A DNA stretch of 64,000 bases from Polyangiaceae bacterium (GTDB lineage: Bacteria > Myxococcota_A > Polyangia > Polyangiales > Polyangiaceae), in NCBI GenBank assembly GCA_044222475.1, contig JBGANF010000004.1, positions 64,001-128,000 of the forward strand, read 5' to 3'. A program made the translations under genes and the position numbers. Shown one piece after another: positions 37,237 through 48,125 of the stretch. The first letter of the stretch is position 1. Every line of letters starts with the position of its first letter. The notes below the pieces were generated by a model. It had not been told where the DNA came from and ran no database searches. It saw only the letters and a list, made by a program, of their open reading frames with translations.

Positions 37237-37518
37237 ATGTCGAACGATCGCCGCCTCGCTGCCATCCGTCTACAGGCCGCAATCGCTCGTGCGCTCGTCG
37301 ACGAGGTCGATCGAGCACTGCCCACCGACAGTGTTCGCGACGTCTCCCTCGAGCTCGCGGACGAGCTCGCTCGCTTGAGCGCGCGGATCCTCGACGGGGC
37401 GAGGGCTCTTCGCGAAGCGAGCGTCCCTCCGCCTCCCCTGTCGGGGGTCGCCTCTCGCGACGACGGCGCCGACCCCGGCGAGCTCACCAGTGAAGACGCC
37501 GCTGCAAGTGGGCGGTGA
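37237..37518 (+). CDS. Small helical hypothetical protein
   Basis: MSNDRRLAAIRLQAAIARALVDEVDR...LELADELARLSARIL; preceded by a sigma54 motif. Confidence 0.6.
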   Translation: MSNDRRLAAIRLQAAIARALVDEVDRALPTDSVRDVSLELADELARLSARILDGARALREASVPPPPLSGVASRDDGADPGELTSEDAAASGR

Positions 37519-38617
37519 GGTCGCGCGCCATCGACTCCTGCCGCTTCACGCTCGGGTGATGCTGGCAGCCCCATCCATCGCTGCCGTCCTGCATCGGTAG
37601 CTCGAGGAGCTCGATGTCCATCCCGCGGTCGCGCGCCGACTTCACGATCGCGTTCGTCATCGAGCGCGCGGTGTCGAGGGCGCGACCGTAGAGCATCGGT
37701 CCGAGCGCGGCGACGAACGGGCTCGTCGGCCACTGGCGGTGGAGATCGTCGAGGAGCGCGGCGTACGCGGCCTCGAACCCGGCTTGTGGCGGCGCGCCGA
37801 ACGCAAAGTCGTTCGTCGCCAGGTTGATCACGATCGCTCCTGGCGCCGAGAGGGCGTCCGGCGGAGGGCTCGACTTTCGGGTCGGCACGGTGCGCTTGAT
37901 GCGCGCGCCCATGGTGTCGTCGCGATCGCCGTCGTTGTTGCGATAGACCCCGCCGCCCGAGAAGGCGAGGATGACGACGTCCGCTCCGAGGGCTCGGGCG
38001 GTCACCCCCGCCCAACCCCGGTAGGCGTTCTCCTCCGAGGCCACGAACCCGCAGCCGGGGCCTTTGCCCTCCGTCCCGTAGCCGCACGTGATCGAGTCGC
38101 CGACGAACAGCAAGCTACGCGCGGGCGCGACCGTCGGGAGATAGGGACCGTCCACGTCGAAGCCGAGCAGCTGAGTCTCGCCCCACAGGGCCTCGCTGTT
38201 GCGAAACAGGCTGACGTCGTGAGGCCCCTTCGCGAGCCCGTCCGCGAGGACGTAGCTCTGTTCGCCGGGGCGAAGGGTGAGTCGCGACTCCTTCCCGTCG
38301 ACGACGACGGTGAAGTGAACGTGACCACCCGAACCGTCGAGGAAGCGCACCTTCGCCGAGGTCCCGTCGAACCGCAGGTCGATCCGCGTGCCGGGCCACG
38401 AGAAATGCGGGCCTCGCGGATCGGTCCGGTCGAAGTAGCCGACGAATCGCGGGCCCGTGGTGGGCGTCGGTGTCGCGCTCGCGCTCGGTGACGCGCTGGC
38501 GACCGTGCTCGCCGCGGTGGTGCTCGGCGAGGGAGCCTTGGCCGCTGGCGGCGGGTCGTCACGCCGGCACGCGACCGCGAGCATGCACCCAAGACCCATC
38601 GCGTGGAGCAAGCGCAT
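37484..38617 (-). CDS. SGNH/GDSL esterase lipoprotein, carbohydrate esterase family 2-like
   Basis: AVAC lipobox; FSWPGT, GDSITCGYG, INLATND, GCQHHPS. Confidence 0.85.
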   Translation of the reverse strand: MRLLHAMGLGCMLAVACRRDDPPPAAKAPSPSTTAASTVASASPSASATPTPTTGPRFVGYFDRTDPRGPHFSWPGTRIDLRFDGTSAKVRFLDGSGGHVHFTVVVDGKESRLTLRPGEQSYVLADGLAKGPHDVSLFRNSEALWGETQLLGFDVDGPYLPTVAPARSLLFVGDSITCGYGTEGKGPGCGFVASEENAYRGWAGVTARALGADVVILAFSGGGVYRNNDGDRDDTMGARIKRTVPTRKSSPPPDALSAPGAIVINLATNDFAFGAPPQAGFEAAYAALLDDLHRQWPTSPFVAALGPMLYGRALDTARSMTNAIVKSARDRGMDIELLELPMQDGSDGWGCQHHPSVKRQESMARDLTAHLQRRLHW

Positions 38618-38642
38618 GCGGGGACATGCTATCAGAAGCGTG

Positions 38643-39287
38643 ATGTCGCTTCTCTCGCTGCTCGCTCACGCGCGCGTCGTCGAGCGACGCAGCGCGCTCT
38701 CCACCGAGGAGATCGCCTCGCTCGGCGAGCTACCGGCCGAGACGGCGCGCTACGCGGACAAGCGACGCGACGAGTTCCTCCTCGGACGATGGGTGGCGAA
38801 GCGCGCCCTCGCGGAGCTCGGAGCCGAGGTCGGCGTGCTCCCGATCGCGGCCGAGCGAGCGCCGCGCTGGCCTGCCGGCTTCGTCGGATCGATCACCCAT
38901 TGCGCCGGCTACGCGGGGGCGGCGGTCGCCCCCGCCGGTACGCTGAGGGGCGTCGGCATCGACGCCCAGCCGGTCGCGATGGAGCGATCACGCGAAGCGC
39001 TGCGTCGCACCGCGACCGACGCCGAGATCGCGCTGCTCGCGATCGCCGACGAGATGACCGCCCGCACCGTCGCCTTCTCGGCCAAAGAGGCCCTCTACAA
39101 GGCGCTCGCGCCCACCGTCGGAGGGTACTTCGGCTTCGAAGCGGCCCGCGTGAGCCGCGGAGCCGGCGACGAGATCGAGCTCACCCTCACGCGCGGGCTT
39201 CACTCCGACCTGCTCGCCAATCGTACCTTTTTGGTACGATATTCGGTGTCGTCCGGGGTCGCGTTCGCGGCCGTCGAGTGGCGCTGA
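38643..39287 (+). CDS. 4'-phosphopantetheinyl transferase (EntD/Sfp type)
   Basis: KRRDEFLLGR, PRWPAGFVGSITH, GVGIDAQ, FSAKEALYKA. Confidence 0.9.
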   Translation: MSLLSLLAHARVVERRSALSTEEIASLGELPAETARYADKRRDEFLLGRWVAKRALAELGAEVGVLPIAAERAPRWPAGFVGSITHCAGYAGAAVAPAGTLRGVGIDAQPVAMERSREALRRTATDAEIALLAIADEMTARTVAFSAKEALYKALAPTVGGYFGFEAARVSRGAGDEIELTLTRGLHSDLLANRTFLVRYSVSSGVAFAAVEWR

Positions 39288-39299
39288 GCGACGAGGACG

Positions 39300-40247
39300 T
39301 CAGAACCGAGCTTCGATCTCCACGAGCTCGCTGGCGACGTCGGGGTCGTCCTTGTCGACGACCGCGAGCAACCGCGTCTCGCTCGCGACGGTGAGCCCCT
39401 CGAGCTTGTCGGTCAGCGGCGCCCCCGTCTCGTCGACGACGAGCGCGTACCTCGGCTCGGCTTCGTCGAGCACGCCAATCGCGACGCCGGCGACCGGGCC
39501 GTCGCGCGTCGCATCGGGCGAGGCCTCTGCAGCGGCGAGGTAGAGGCTCCGCCCGAACGCGCGCGTCGCGTCGGTGAAGGTGAGGCGGCAACCGAAGGCG
39601 GTCCCCAGATCGTAGGTGGTGACCTCCCCGAGCACGGGCAGCGGCGCCCCCGTCTCGTCGTCGAGGTAGCGGAGGAGCTCCACCACGGAGACCGGCACCG
39701 TGGCGTCGACCGGATGGAGGCCGCCGACCGCGGCCCCGTTGCCGCGGTTGAAGAACCAGACGTCGCTACCGACGACGAGGGCGCCTTCGACGTTGAGCTC
39801 GCTCCCGGAGAACTCGGTCCGTTCGCGCAGCGCGGCATAGAGGCGAGGCGCGGGCGAGACGCGAAGCTCGCCGCCTTCCGCCCAGCGAACGACGCGATCG
39901 CGGCCGGCGGCGCTCCCGGATCCGAACGCGAAGAGGACCCCGTCGACGACGACACAAGCCTCGAGGTCGAGCTTGTCCTTCTTGTTGCCGCGCCGCTCGT
40001 CGAACTGGCGCTTGCCGCCTTTTCCGGCCGGCAGCGTCACCGAGCGGCACGTCCCGTCGCCGACGATCGCGATGAAGCTCGCATCGTCCTGGACGACCGC
40101 GAGACGGCCGCCAACCCAAGAGACCGACGAACCCGCGCGAACGTGCGCCGGACGGTCGAGCGCGGCGTCGGCGCCCTCGTCGTACCCGAGGGGGCGACGC
40201 GAGCGAACGACGAAACGAAGCGAGTCATCGAGCCGAGCGCGCCGCAC
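39300..40247 (-). CDS. Conserved hypothetical protein (DUF6910/DUF6929-like, probably beta-propeller)
   Basis: HVRAGSS, VVQDD, NKKDKLDLEA, FGSGS, ELNVEGA, KLEG. Confidence 0.6.
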   Translation of the reverse strand: MRRARLDDSLRFVVRSRRPLGYDEGADAALDRPAHVRAGSSVSWVGGRLAVVQDDASFIAIVGDGTCRSVTLPAGKGGKRQFDERRGNKKDKLDLEACVVVDGVLFAFGSGSAAGRDRVVRWAEGGELRVSPAPRLYAALRERTEFSGSELNVEGALVVGSDVWFFNRGNGAAVGGLHPVDATVPVSVVELLRYLDDETGAPLPVLGEVTTYDLGTAFGCRLTFTDATRAFGRSLYLAAAEASPDATRDGPVAGVAIGVLDEAEPRYALVVDETGAPLTDKLEGLTVASETRLLAVVDKDDPDVASELVEIEARF

Positions 40248-40278
40248 GCGCCGAGGGTAGCCCGGAGGCTCGTGCCCC

Positions 40279-41669
<1,391 letters not shown>

Positions 41670-41673
<4 letters not shown>

Positions 41674-43271
41674 GGATCGGGGCTCGGGTGTCGTTCGGGT
41701 TGGCGAAGAGGCAACAAGACGCTGAAGACGGTGCGACCGGGATCGCTCGTCACGGTGATCGTGCCGCCGTGGTCCGAGACGATGCGGTGCGTGATCGCCA
41801 GGCCGAGCCCGGTGCCGGTCGCCTTGGTCGAGTAGAAGGCGTCGAAGATCGGCGCGGTCGTCGAGAGCCCCGCGCCGTCGTCCTCGACCTCGAAGAGCAC
41901 GTCGTGGGGGCGGCGACGAACGCGGAGCGTCACGGTTCCGGATCCGATCGGCTCCACCGCTTCGATGGCGTTGCGGGTGAGGTTGAGGAGCACCTGCTCG
42001 AGGCGGCCGCCGTCTCCCGCGAAGTGCACGTCACGCGGCGGCGCATCGAGGCGCAGGGCGACGTGAGCCTGCTTTGCGTCCTCCAGCAACAGCGCGTGCA
42101 CTCGATCGAGGAGAGCGCGCGCCGACACCTGCTCGAACGCGAGCGGCTTCGGGCGCGCGAAGTCGAGGAACTCGGTCGTCAACCGGGCGAGGCGTTGGAT
42201 CTCTTCGGCGATCACCGACACCGCCTCGACCATCTCCGGCGGCGCCTTGGGCTGCTTCGCCAAGGCGCGGGTGAGGTACGCGGTGTGGAGCTGCGCGCCG
42301 TTGAGCGGGTTCCGGATCTCGTGGGCGAGGCCTGCCGCGAGCGTCCCCACTGCGGCGAGCTTCTCCACCCGCCGCGCCCGCTCCTCCTGGGCATGCTCCT
42401 CGGTGCGGTCGGAGCCCATGAGGAACACCACGCCATCGGTCGGCGCGTTGGCAAACTGCCAACGCATCATCCGCGTGCCCCCGTTCCGCGCGCGCAGCGG
42501 AACGTCGATCGTCGACGACTCGTTCGGAGCGTCTTCCTCGGCGCGGGACGCGGCGAGCGCGGCCATGAACTCGTCGCGCCGATCGGGGACGATGAAGCGA
42601 ACGACGAACTCTTCGCCGTCGACCTCCTCTCGAGCGTACCCGGTGACGCGCTCGGCTTGCCGGTTGAAGAACTGGATCCGCCCCGCAGCGTCGAGCCCGA
42701 TCACCGCGAGCCGCGCGAGCTCGACCGCGGCGACGTAACGGCGCTCTGTGTGAGCGAGCCGCGCCTCCTCTTGCATCTGCTGGGCTCGGCGAAGGCGGTC
42801 GCCGAGCGCATCGGCGTAGCTCTCGAGCATGATCGCGAGATCGACGTCGAGGATCTTGCTCAACGCGTCACGGGTCGCCTCGCGCTCCGGTGACGCGAGG
42901 ACGGTGTCGACGACGCGCGACAGCTCCTGCCGAAGCTGCGCCATCGCGGTGAACATGTACTTCTGCTTCAAGCCGACGCGTACGTGCACGACGCCGATGC
43001 GCCACGTGTCGTCGTAGTAGGCCACGCCGTAGCTCCCCGACAGAACGCGGCGCATCCAGGCCACGAGCGACGCGTGGAGGCGCTCGATCTGAGCTTCGTC
43101 GACGAGCACCGCGTGCGCCTCTTCGTTCTCGCGGATGCGGTCGTAGAAGGCCCCCGCGATCCGATGGAAGTGCTGCTCGGCGGCGGGGCGCAGAGCGAGG
43201 AGCCTCGCCGCGTCGGCTTCGTCGAAGCCGACGTAACGAAGTAGCTCATCCATCGCCTGCGCCTTCGGCAC
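41670..43271 (-). CDS. Globin-coupled (protoglobin) + PAS sensor histidine kinase
   Basis: [14 protein letters not shown]...AFYDRI...[13 protein letters not shown]...[18 protein letters not shown] ([11 protein letters not shown]); [21 protein letters not shown]. Confidence 0.88.
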
Positions 43272-43273
43272 GC

Positions 43274-43726
43274 TCAGTCCGCTTTCGCGTCGCCTCGAAT
43301 GGCGAGAACCGGTTTCTTCGCGGTACGAATCACCTGCTCGGCCACGCTGCCGAGCAGAGCTCGCGCGATCCCGCGGCGACCGTGGGTGCCGACGCAGATG
43401 AGATCCGCTCCGACCGCGTCGGCGACGGTGTGGATCTCGTCGACCGGGTTGCCCTGACGCAGCTCGATCTTCATCTCGACGCCGCTCGCCTTGCGCTTCT
43501 CGACGGTCGCTTGAAGCGCAGCCTGCGCGCCGTTCATGATGCGGGTCGCCATCTCGACCGTCGCGACGAACGCGCCGTCGGGGAACCCGTACACCGGCAG
43601 CTCGTACGCGTGGAGGATGACGACCTTTCCGCCGAGCGACTTCGCGAGATCGACGGCGTAGTCGAGCGCCTTCTCGGACGTATCACTGAAGTCGATGGGA
43701 ACGAGGATGGTCTTGGGGATCGCCAT
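43274..43726 (-). CDS. Universal stress protein
   Basis: ILVPIDFS...ADLICVGTHGRRG...LLGSVAEQVIR. Confidence 0.92.
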   Translation of the reverse strand: MAIPKTILVPIDFSDTSEKALDYAVDLAKSLGGKVVILHAYELPVYGFPDGAFVATVEMATRIMNGAQAALQATVEKRKASGVEMKIELRQGNPVDEIHTVADAVGADLICVGTHGRRGIARALLGSVAEQVIRTAKKPVLAIRGDAKAD

Positions 43727-43738
43727 GCGCTAGCGCAG

Positions 43739-43754
43739 TGCCACTTCCGTGCCG
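43739..43754 (-). promoter_or_regulatory. sigma54-type promoter for the usp-globin kinase-activator operon
   Basis: Minus strand CGGCACGGAAGTGGCA; -12 C is 14 nt before ATG 43726. Confidence 0.6.
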
Positions 43755-43830
43755 CGCAAACCGAGCGCTTTTTCGCGTAACTGCGCCACACTTCAACGCA
43801 ACTCCGGCACGGTTCGCGCAGATTCTGCGC
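43754..43830. promoter_or_regulatory. Palindromic activator sites upstream of the usp-kinase-activator operon
   Basis: Perfect GCGCA-GATTC-TGCGC (43816-43830), weaker ACGCA-ACTCC-GGCAC (43796-43810), and GCGCA-AACCG-AGCGC (43754-43768). Confidence 0.6.
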
Positions 43831-43845
43831 AGCACCCGCCGTCGC

Positions 43846-44424
43846 TCAGTTGGTGCGCTGATCGCTGCGACGGGGAACGATGTCGACCGGAGCAGCCCGG
43901 GCGACGCTCCCGGCCGGCACGCTACGAGTCACCACCGCTCCGGCCATGATCTTCGCGCCGTCGCCCACGACGATCGGCCCCAGCAGCACCGCGCCGGGCC
44001 CCACGTGCACGTCCTTGCCGAGCGTCGGCGCGCCCTTGGTCTTGGTCTCGGGATCGAACGACTCGCCCAGGGTGACGTTGTGGAACAGGATGCAGCCTTC
44101 GCCGATCTTCGCGGCGTGGCTGACGACGATGCCGTTGCCGTGCACGAGCGAGATCCCCGGCGCGATGGTGGCGTCCCAGTGGATCTCCGCGCCGTAGGCG
44201 TGGCGGATGAGGCGACTCGCGACCTGCGCTCCGAGCGGGAGGTGCGCGTCGCGGAGCGCGTGCATCGCGCGAATCGCGGTCGTCATCTGGAAGCCGATCC
44301 GGGTGACGAGGGCCTTCGGTAGCGCCGCGAGCGACTGACCCTCGCCGTGGTAGCGAGCTCGCGCCGACTCCATCGCGCGAAAGTCGGCGACGACGGCGGA
44401 GGCGAACTTGCGGAGCGCGCTCAC
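43846..44424 (-). CDS. Serine O-acetyltransferase-like hexapeptide-repeat acyltransferase (EpsC-like)
   Basis: YGAEIHWDATIAPGISLVHGNGIVV...NVTLG...PTLGKDVHVGPGAVLLG; GTGA overlap with the GT2 gene. Confidence 0.85.
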   Translation of the reverse strand: MSALRKFASAVVADFRAMESARARYHGEGQSLAALPKALVTRIGFQMTTAIRAMHALRDAHLPLGAQVASRLIRHAYGAEIHWDATIAPGISLVHGNGIVVSHAAKIGEGCILFHNVTLGESFDPETKTKGAPTLGKDVHVGPGAVLLGPIVVGDGAKIMAGAVVTRSVPAGSVARAAPVDIVPRRSDQRTN

Positions 44425-45452
44425 GGCCGGCTCCTCCGCAGGGCGCGCTCGCTGGCGCGACGTGACCGTGCGTACTCCGCGACTCGCCGCATCGTCCCGA
44501 GAAGTGTGCCACACCCGGCGCGCACGCCACGGAAATACTCGATGCCGAACACGAAGGTGCACGCGCGGAGCGCCGTACGCTCGAACCCGAGCCCATCGAG
44601 CCCCTTCGCCGCGCCCATGGCCGCGCGAGCGACCAGGCCGGCCCCGCGAGGAGCGGCCATCGCGAGCACGAGGAGCGGACGACTGACCGGGTGGACGAGC
44701 CAGAGGTACGAGAAGGGGTTCGCGCTCTCCTCTTCCGGGTGCTTGGCCGAGATCCGCAGATCGTAGACGCCGTAGTCGAAGGAGCGTTGGTGCCAGAAGC
44801 GATCGCTCCCGTGATCGGAGTCGTGGAGGCTCTTCGCCTTCTCCGAGACGCCGAGGCGCTTCCCCGCCTTCTCGAGCCGGATGCCGAGCTCGCGATCTTC
44901 GGAGCGCTTCAGCGTGCGATCGAACCCGCCGACCGCGACGTAGTCGTCGCGGTAGAAGCTCACGTTTCCGGTCGCGAGGTTCACGCCGCGGACCGGCCGC
45001 TTCCCCGAGGCCGCGTCGCGCGCGAAGCGCACGAGTTGATCGGCGTGAAACTTCTCGAAGAGCGGCAGCTTGGCGTCGGGCGGAGGCACGATCAGCCCCA
45101 TGACGACGTCGGCGCCGGCAGCGTGGGCGCGGAGGTGCTCGGCGAGGAAGTCCGGCGCGAGCCGCATGTCGTCGTCGACGATGACGATGACGCGACCTCG
45201 CGCCATCCGAATGCCGCGATCGCGAGCGGCTGCTTGACCAGCGTTCGCTTGCTCCACGAGCTCGAGCGCGTACGGGAGCTTCATCGCCTCGACGAACGGA
45301 CGAACCGGCACCTTGCTGCCGTCGTCGACCAGGATGACGTCGAAGGTGCCGGGCGGAAGGTCCTGGGCTGCGAGATCCTGCAACAACGCGGACAACAATC
45401 GGCCACGGTTGTAGGTGGCGACGACGACCGTGATCTCGAGCGCGACGGACAA
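44421..45452 (-). CDS. Glycosyltransferase family 2 (EpsD-like)
   Basis: VVVATYNR, VDDGS, NAGQAAARDRG, VDDDM, GGFD...SEDRELG. Confidence 0.9.
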   Translation of the reverse strand: MSVALEITVVVATYNRGRLLSALLQDLAAQDLPPGTFDVILVDDGSKVPVRPFVEAMKLPYALELVEQANAGQAAARDRGIRMARGRVIVIVDDDMRLAPDFLAEHLRAHAAGADVVMGLIVPPPDAKLPLFEKFHADQLVRFARDAASGKRPVRGVNLATGNVSFYRDDYVAVGGFDRTLKRSEDRELGIRLEKAGKRLGVSEKAKSLHDSDHGSDRFWHQRSFDYGVYDLRISAKHPEEESANPFSYLWLVHPVSRPLLVLAMAAPRGAGLVARAAMGAAKGLDGLGFERTALRACTFVFGIEYFRGVRAGCGTLLGTMRRVAEYARSRRASERALRRSRP

Positions 45453-45533
45453 GCTCTCCTACTCTACCTACTTTAGCCTACCTCGAACCATGAATCCCCT
45501 GGGCATCGCCGGGTTCACTGGTAACCTCGAAGG

Positions 45534-46112
45534 ATGCTGCGGAGGCGGTTGTTCCAAGCCCTCGTAGCCGCCGCGGCGGCCAGCTTCGTGTCTGGCGCAG
45601 GGGCCGGCGGCGCGCGGGCGAAGCACGCCCCGTTGGCGGCGAGCCCCGTGAGGTCCGGGGCCGAGAGACCCGACGTCCACCGGGAGGAGAGCTTCGAGCT
45701 CATCGCCGCCAACAACGGCGAGAAGATGACCGTGCACTTCGTCGACGGAGCGGTGACGCCCGAATCCGCGAAAGAAGCGAAGCACCTGATGCGCTGCCTC
45801 AAGAACGACAAGGAGCACGACATCGACCCTCGCCTGCTCTTCACGCTCTGGCAGCTCGCGCGGGACAACGGCGGCACCCTGCTCTTGATCTCGGCGTACC
45901 GAACGCCAGAGCGACGGAACGACAAGAACTTCCACACGCTGGGGATGGCCGCCGACGTGCGCATCCCCGGCAGTTGGGCGTGGCGCATGCGCGACGCGGC
46001 GCGAAAGCTCGGAGTGCGCGGCCTGGGCACCTACCCGACGACGAACATGATCCACGTGGACGTCCGAGACGACCCGTTCAGCTGGGTCGACTACTCGGGA
46101 CCCACCCACTGA
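45534..46112 (+). CDS. DUF882/YcbK (peptidase M15) family protein with Tat-like signal
   Basis: RRRLF N-terminus; IDPRL, ISAYRTPE, H.LGMAAD, GLGTYP..NMIHVDVR. Confidence 0.85.
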   Translation: MLRRRLFQALVAAAAASFVSGAGAGGARAKHAPLAASPVRSGAERPDVHREESFELIAANNGEKMTVHFVDGAVTPESAKEAKHLMRCLKNDKEHDIDPRLLFTLWQLARDNGGTLLLISAYRTPERRNDKNFHTLGMAADVRIPGSWAWRMRDAARKLGVRGLGTYPTTNMIHVDVRDDPFSWVDYSGPTH

Positions 46113-46125
46113 GCGACCGAAGCGA

Positions 46126-47082
46126 CTACTCGCCGGCGTCCATCGCGGTGCCTTCGGCACCCAGATCCGAGATGGCGGCGTGGATGCTCTTCGGGATCCA
46201 CTCTTCGTCCTTCGCCGGAGGCGGCAGCACCACCGGGTCGCCGTCGTAGCGGACGCGCTTGCCGGGGAACAGGAACGTCTTCACGAGGTAGATGAAGAGC
46301 GACTTCTGCTCGAGCGCCGGGTGGATGTGCGGGTGAAGCTCCTTCTCGTGCGCGGCCGGCGTGAGGCTCCAGTGGAGGCCGGGGTGCACGTGATGGATCC
46401 CGTGGTACCCGTTGTTGAACGTGATGAAGTTGAAGATCTTGCCGACGAAGTTGCGCGAGTGGTTGTACGGGTGGTCCTCGTCGCAGCCGTCGTGCTGGAC
46501 GTAGTTCACGCTCGTGATGCCCCACACTGCGAAGAGGTGCGGAAGCATGACGAAGACGAGCGCCTTCCTCCAGTCGAGGATGAACAGCGCGAGCTTCGTG
46601 CCCCAACCGAAGAACATCTCGACGAGCAGCTGGCGATACCAGTTCGGCATCGTGCGCTTCATCATGCCGACGTAGCGGTAGTTCTCGAACAAGATGTCGA
46701 ACGCGACCTTGGGGAAGAACAGCGCCGCGTTCACGATCTGGATCTTCGAGCGGACCTTCGACGTCCGCATCAGGTCGGCGTTCTTCTGCGTGTGCTTGTG
46801 GTGGCTCAGGTTGTGTCCCGGCACGTACTCGCTGACCGGAAAGCCGTAGGAGCACGTGAGCGCGACCTGGAACACTTTGTTGAGGAAGCGGCTCCGGAAG
46901 ACCGGCGTGTGGAGCGTGTTGTGGGTGATGACGGCGCAGATCCACGACGTCACCGCGAGACCCACCGTCAGCCCGGCGATCGTCCACGGCGAGCGCCAGC
47001 CGTAGACCCACGCGCTCGCGAGGAACACGTAGTAGAACGCCACGAAGGCGAGCGTCCGGATGTCCGCACGGAAGCGCAGCAT
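46126..47082 (-). CDS. Membrane fatty acid desaturase
   Basis: His boxes HNTLH, HNLSHH, HGIHH. Confidence 0.88.
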   Translation of the reverse strand: MLRFRADIRTLAFVAFYYVFLASAWVYGWRSPWTIAGLTVGLAVTSWICAVITHNTLHTPVFRSRFLNKVFQVALTCSYGFPVSEYVPGHNLSHHKHTQKNADLMRTSKVRSKIQIVNAALFFPKVAFDILFENYRYVGMMKRTMPNWYRQLLVEMFFGWGTKLALFILDWRKALVFVMLPHLFAVWGITSVNYVQHDGCDEDHPYNHSRNFVGKIFNFITFNNGYHGIHHVHPGLHWSLTPAAHEKELHPHIHPALEQKSLFIYLVKTFLFPGKRVRYDGDPVVLPPPAKDEEWIPKSIHAAISDLGAEGTAMDAGE

Positions 47083-47161
47083 GCAGGGCGCCTCATAGCA
47101 CGGCGGAAACGAAAACGCCCAACCTGCAGGATGCTTCTGGTCGCGGTCGCTGCTACGCGGA

Positions 47162-47995
47162 TTACGCAGTGGCTGGCGAGTCGACCGGACGCTCCGGCGG
47201 GCCGAGCTTCTGCTCGTTCCAGCGCGCCGGGTTGAACAGGTGGGGCCGCTTGTGGTGGTTCGCGTGGAAGTAGATCCCGACGAACAGCTTGTTCCCCAGC
47301 TTGTAGTACCCGTGGTTCAGGTTGACCGGGCGGAACTCGTCGTCGGTCTCGCCCGCTTCGCCGTTGTGGGTGGACCAGTTGAAGTGGATCACGAAGAGCG
47401 CAGCGATCAGGTTGGCGGGGACGAAGACGAGGAAGAAGAACCAGGGGCCGAGGAACAGCGCCCACGCGAGGAGCAGGACGATGTTCGTCCCGTAGCTCAC
47501 CTTCGCGCGGAACGACTCGTAGCGCCGGTTTTCTGGCGTGTCGCCCCAGACGTCGAAGTACTGCTGCTGCAGCTGCTTCTCGGTGTTCACCACCGTGTAG
47601 TGGACCGTCTTCCAGAAGCCCTTGAAGTTCGGGTGGGGATCACGGACCCGGTCGTCCGAGTAGCGGTGGTGCCGCATGTGCACGATGTCCCACGAGGCGT
47701 AGCGCACGGCGACCATGAGCCCGAGGACCTCGCCGACGACGCGGTTGATCGCGCGAGGGAAATTCCCGTGGGTCGCGTTGTGGATGCACAGGTGAGCGAA
47801 GATCAGCCCGTACACCACCAGCGGAAACGCGGCGAGGTACGACCAGTGGAAGCCGGGGAAAATGGGCCGAAAGTCGGTCAGCCACATGACCGCGGACAGC
47901 GCTCCGCAAAGGACGAAGTAGAACCCGTCGTACTGAAGGTAGAAGCGGGGGTTCTTCTTGAACTGCTGGATTGGATGCGCGGTGACGAAAGACAC
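47162..47995 (-). CDS. Membrane fatty acid desaturase family protein
   Basis: His boxes HNATH, HMRHH, HANHH. Confidence 0.85.
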   Translation of the reverse strand: MSFVTAHPIQQFKKNPRFYLQYDGFYFVLCGALSAVMWLTDFRPIFPGFHWSYLAAFPLVVYGLIFAHLCIHNATHGNFPRAINRVVGEVLGLMVAVRYASWDIVHMRHHRYSDDRVRDPHPNFKGFWKTVHYTVVNTEKQLQQQYFDVWGDTPENRRYESFRAKVSYGTNIVLLLAWALFLGPWFFFLVFVPANLIAALFVIHFNWSTHNGEAGETDDEFRPVNLNHGYYKLGNKLFVGIYFHANHHKRPHLFNPARWNEQKLGPPERPVDSPATA

Positions 47996-48125
47996 GTCTC
48001 CCCTCGGCCACAGTAAGGGTCGCTTCCCGGCGAGACCGCGAGTTACCGCGAAACGGGCCGGAGGTCGAGGGGAAAACGGTTTCGCCGTTGAGCGAGACCC
48101 GCCGCCGCGCTAAAACGCGCGCGCG

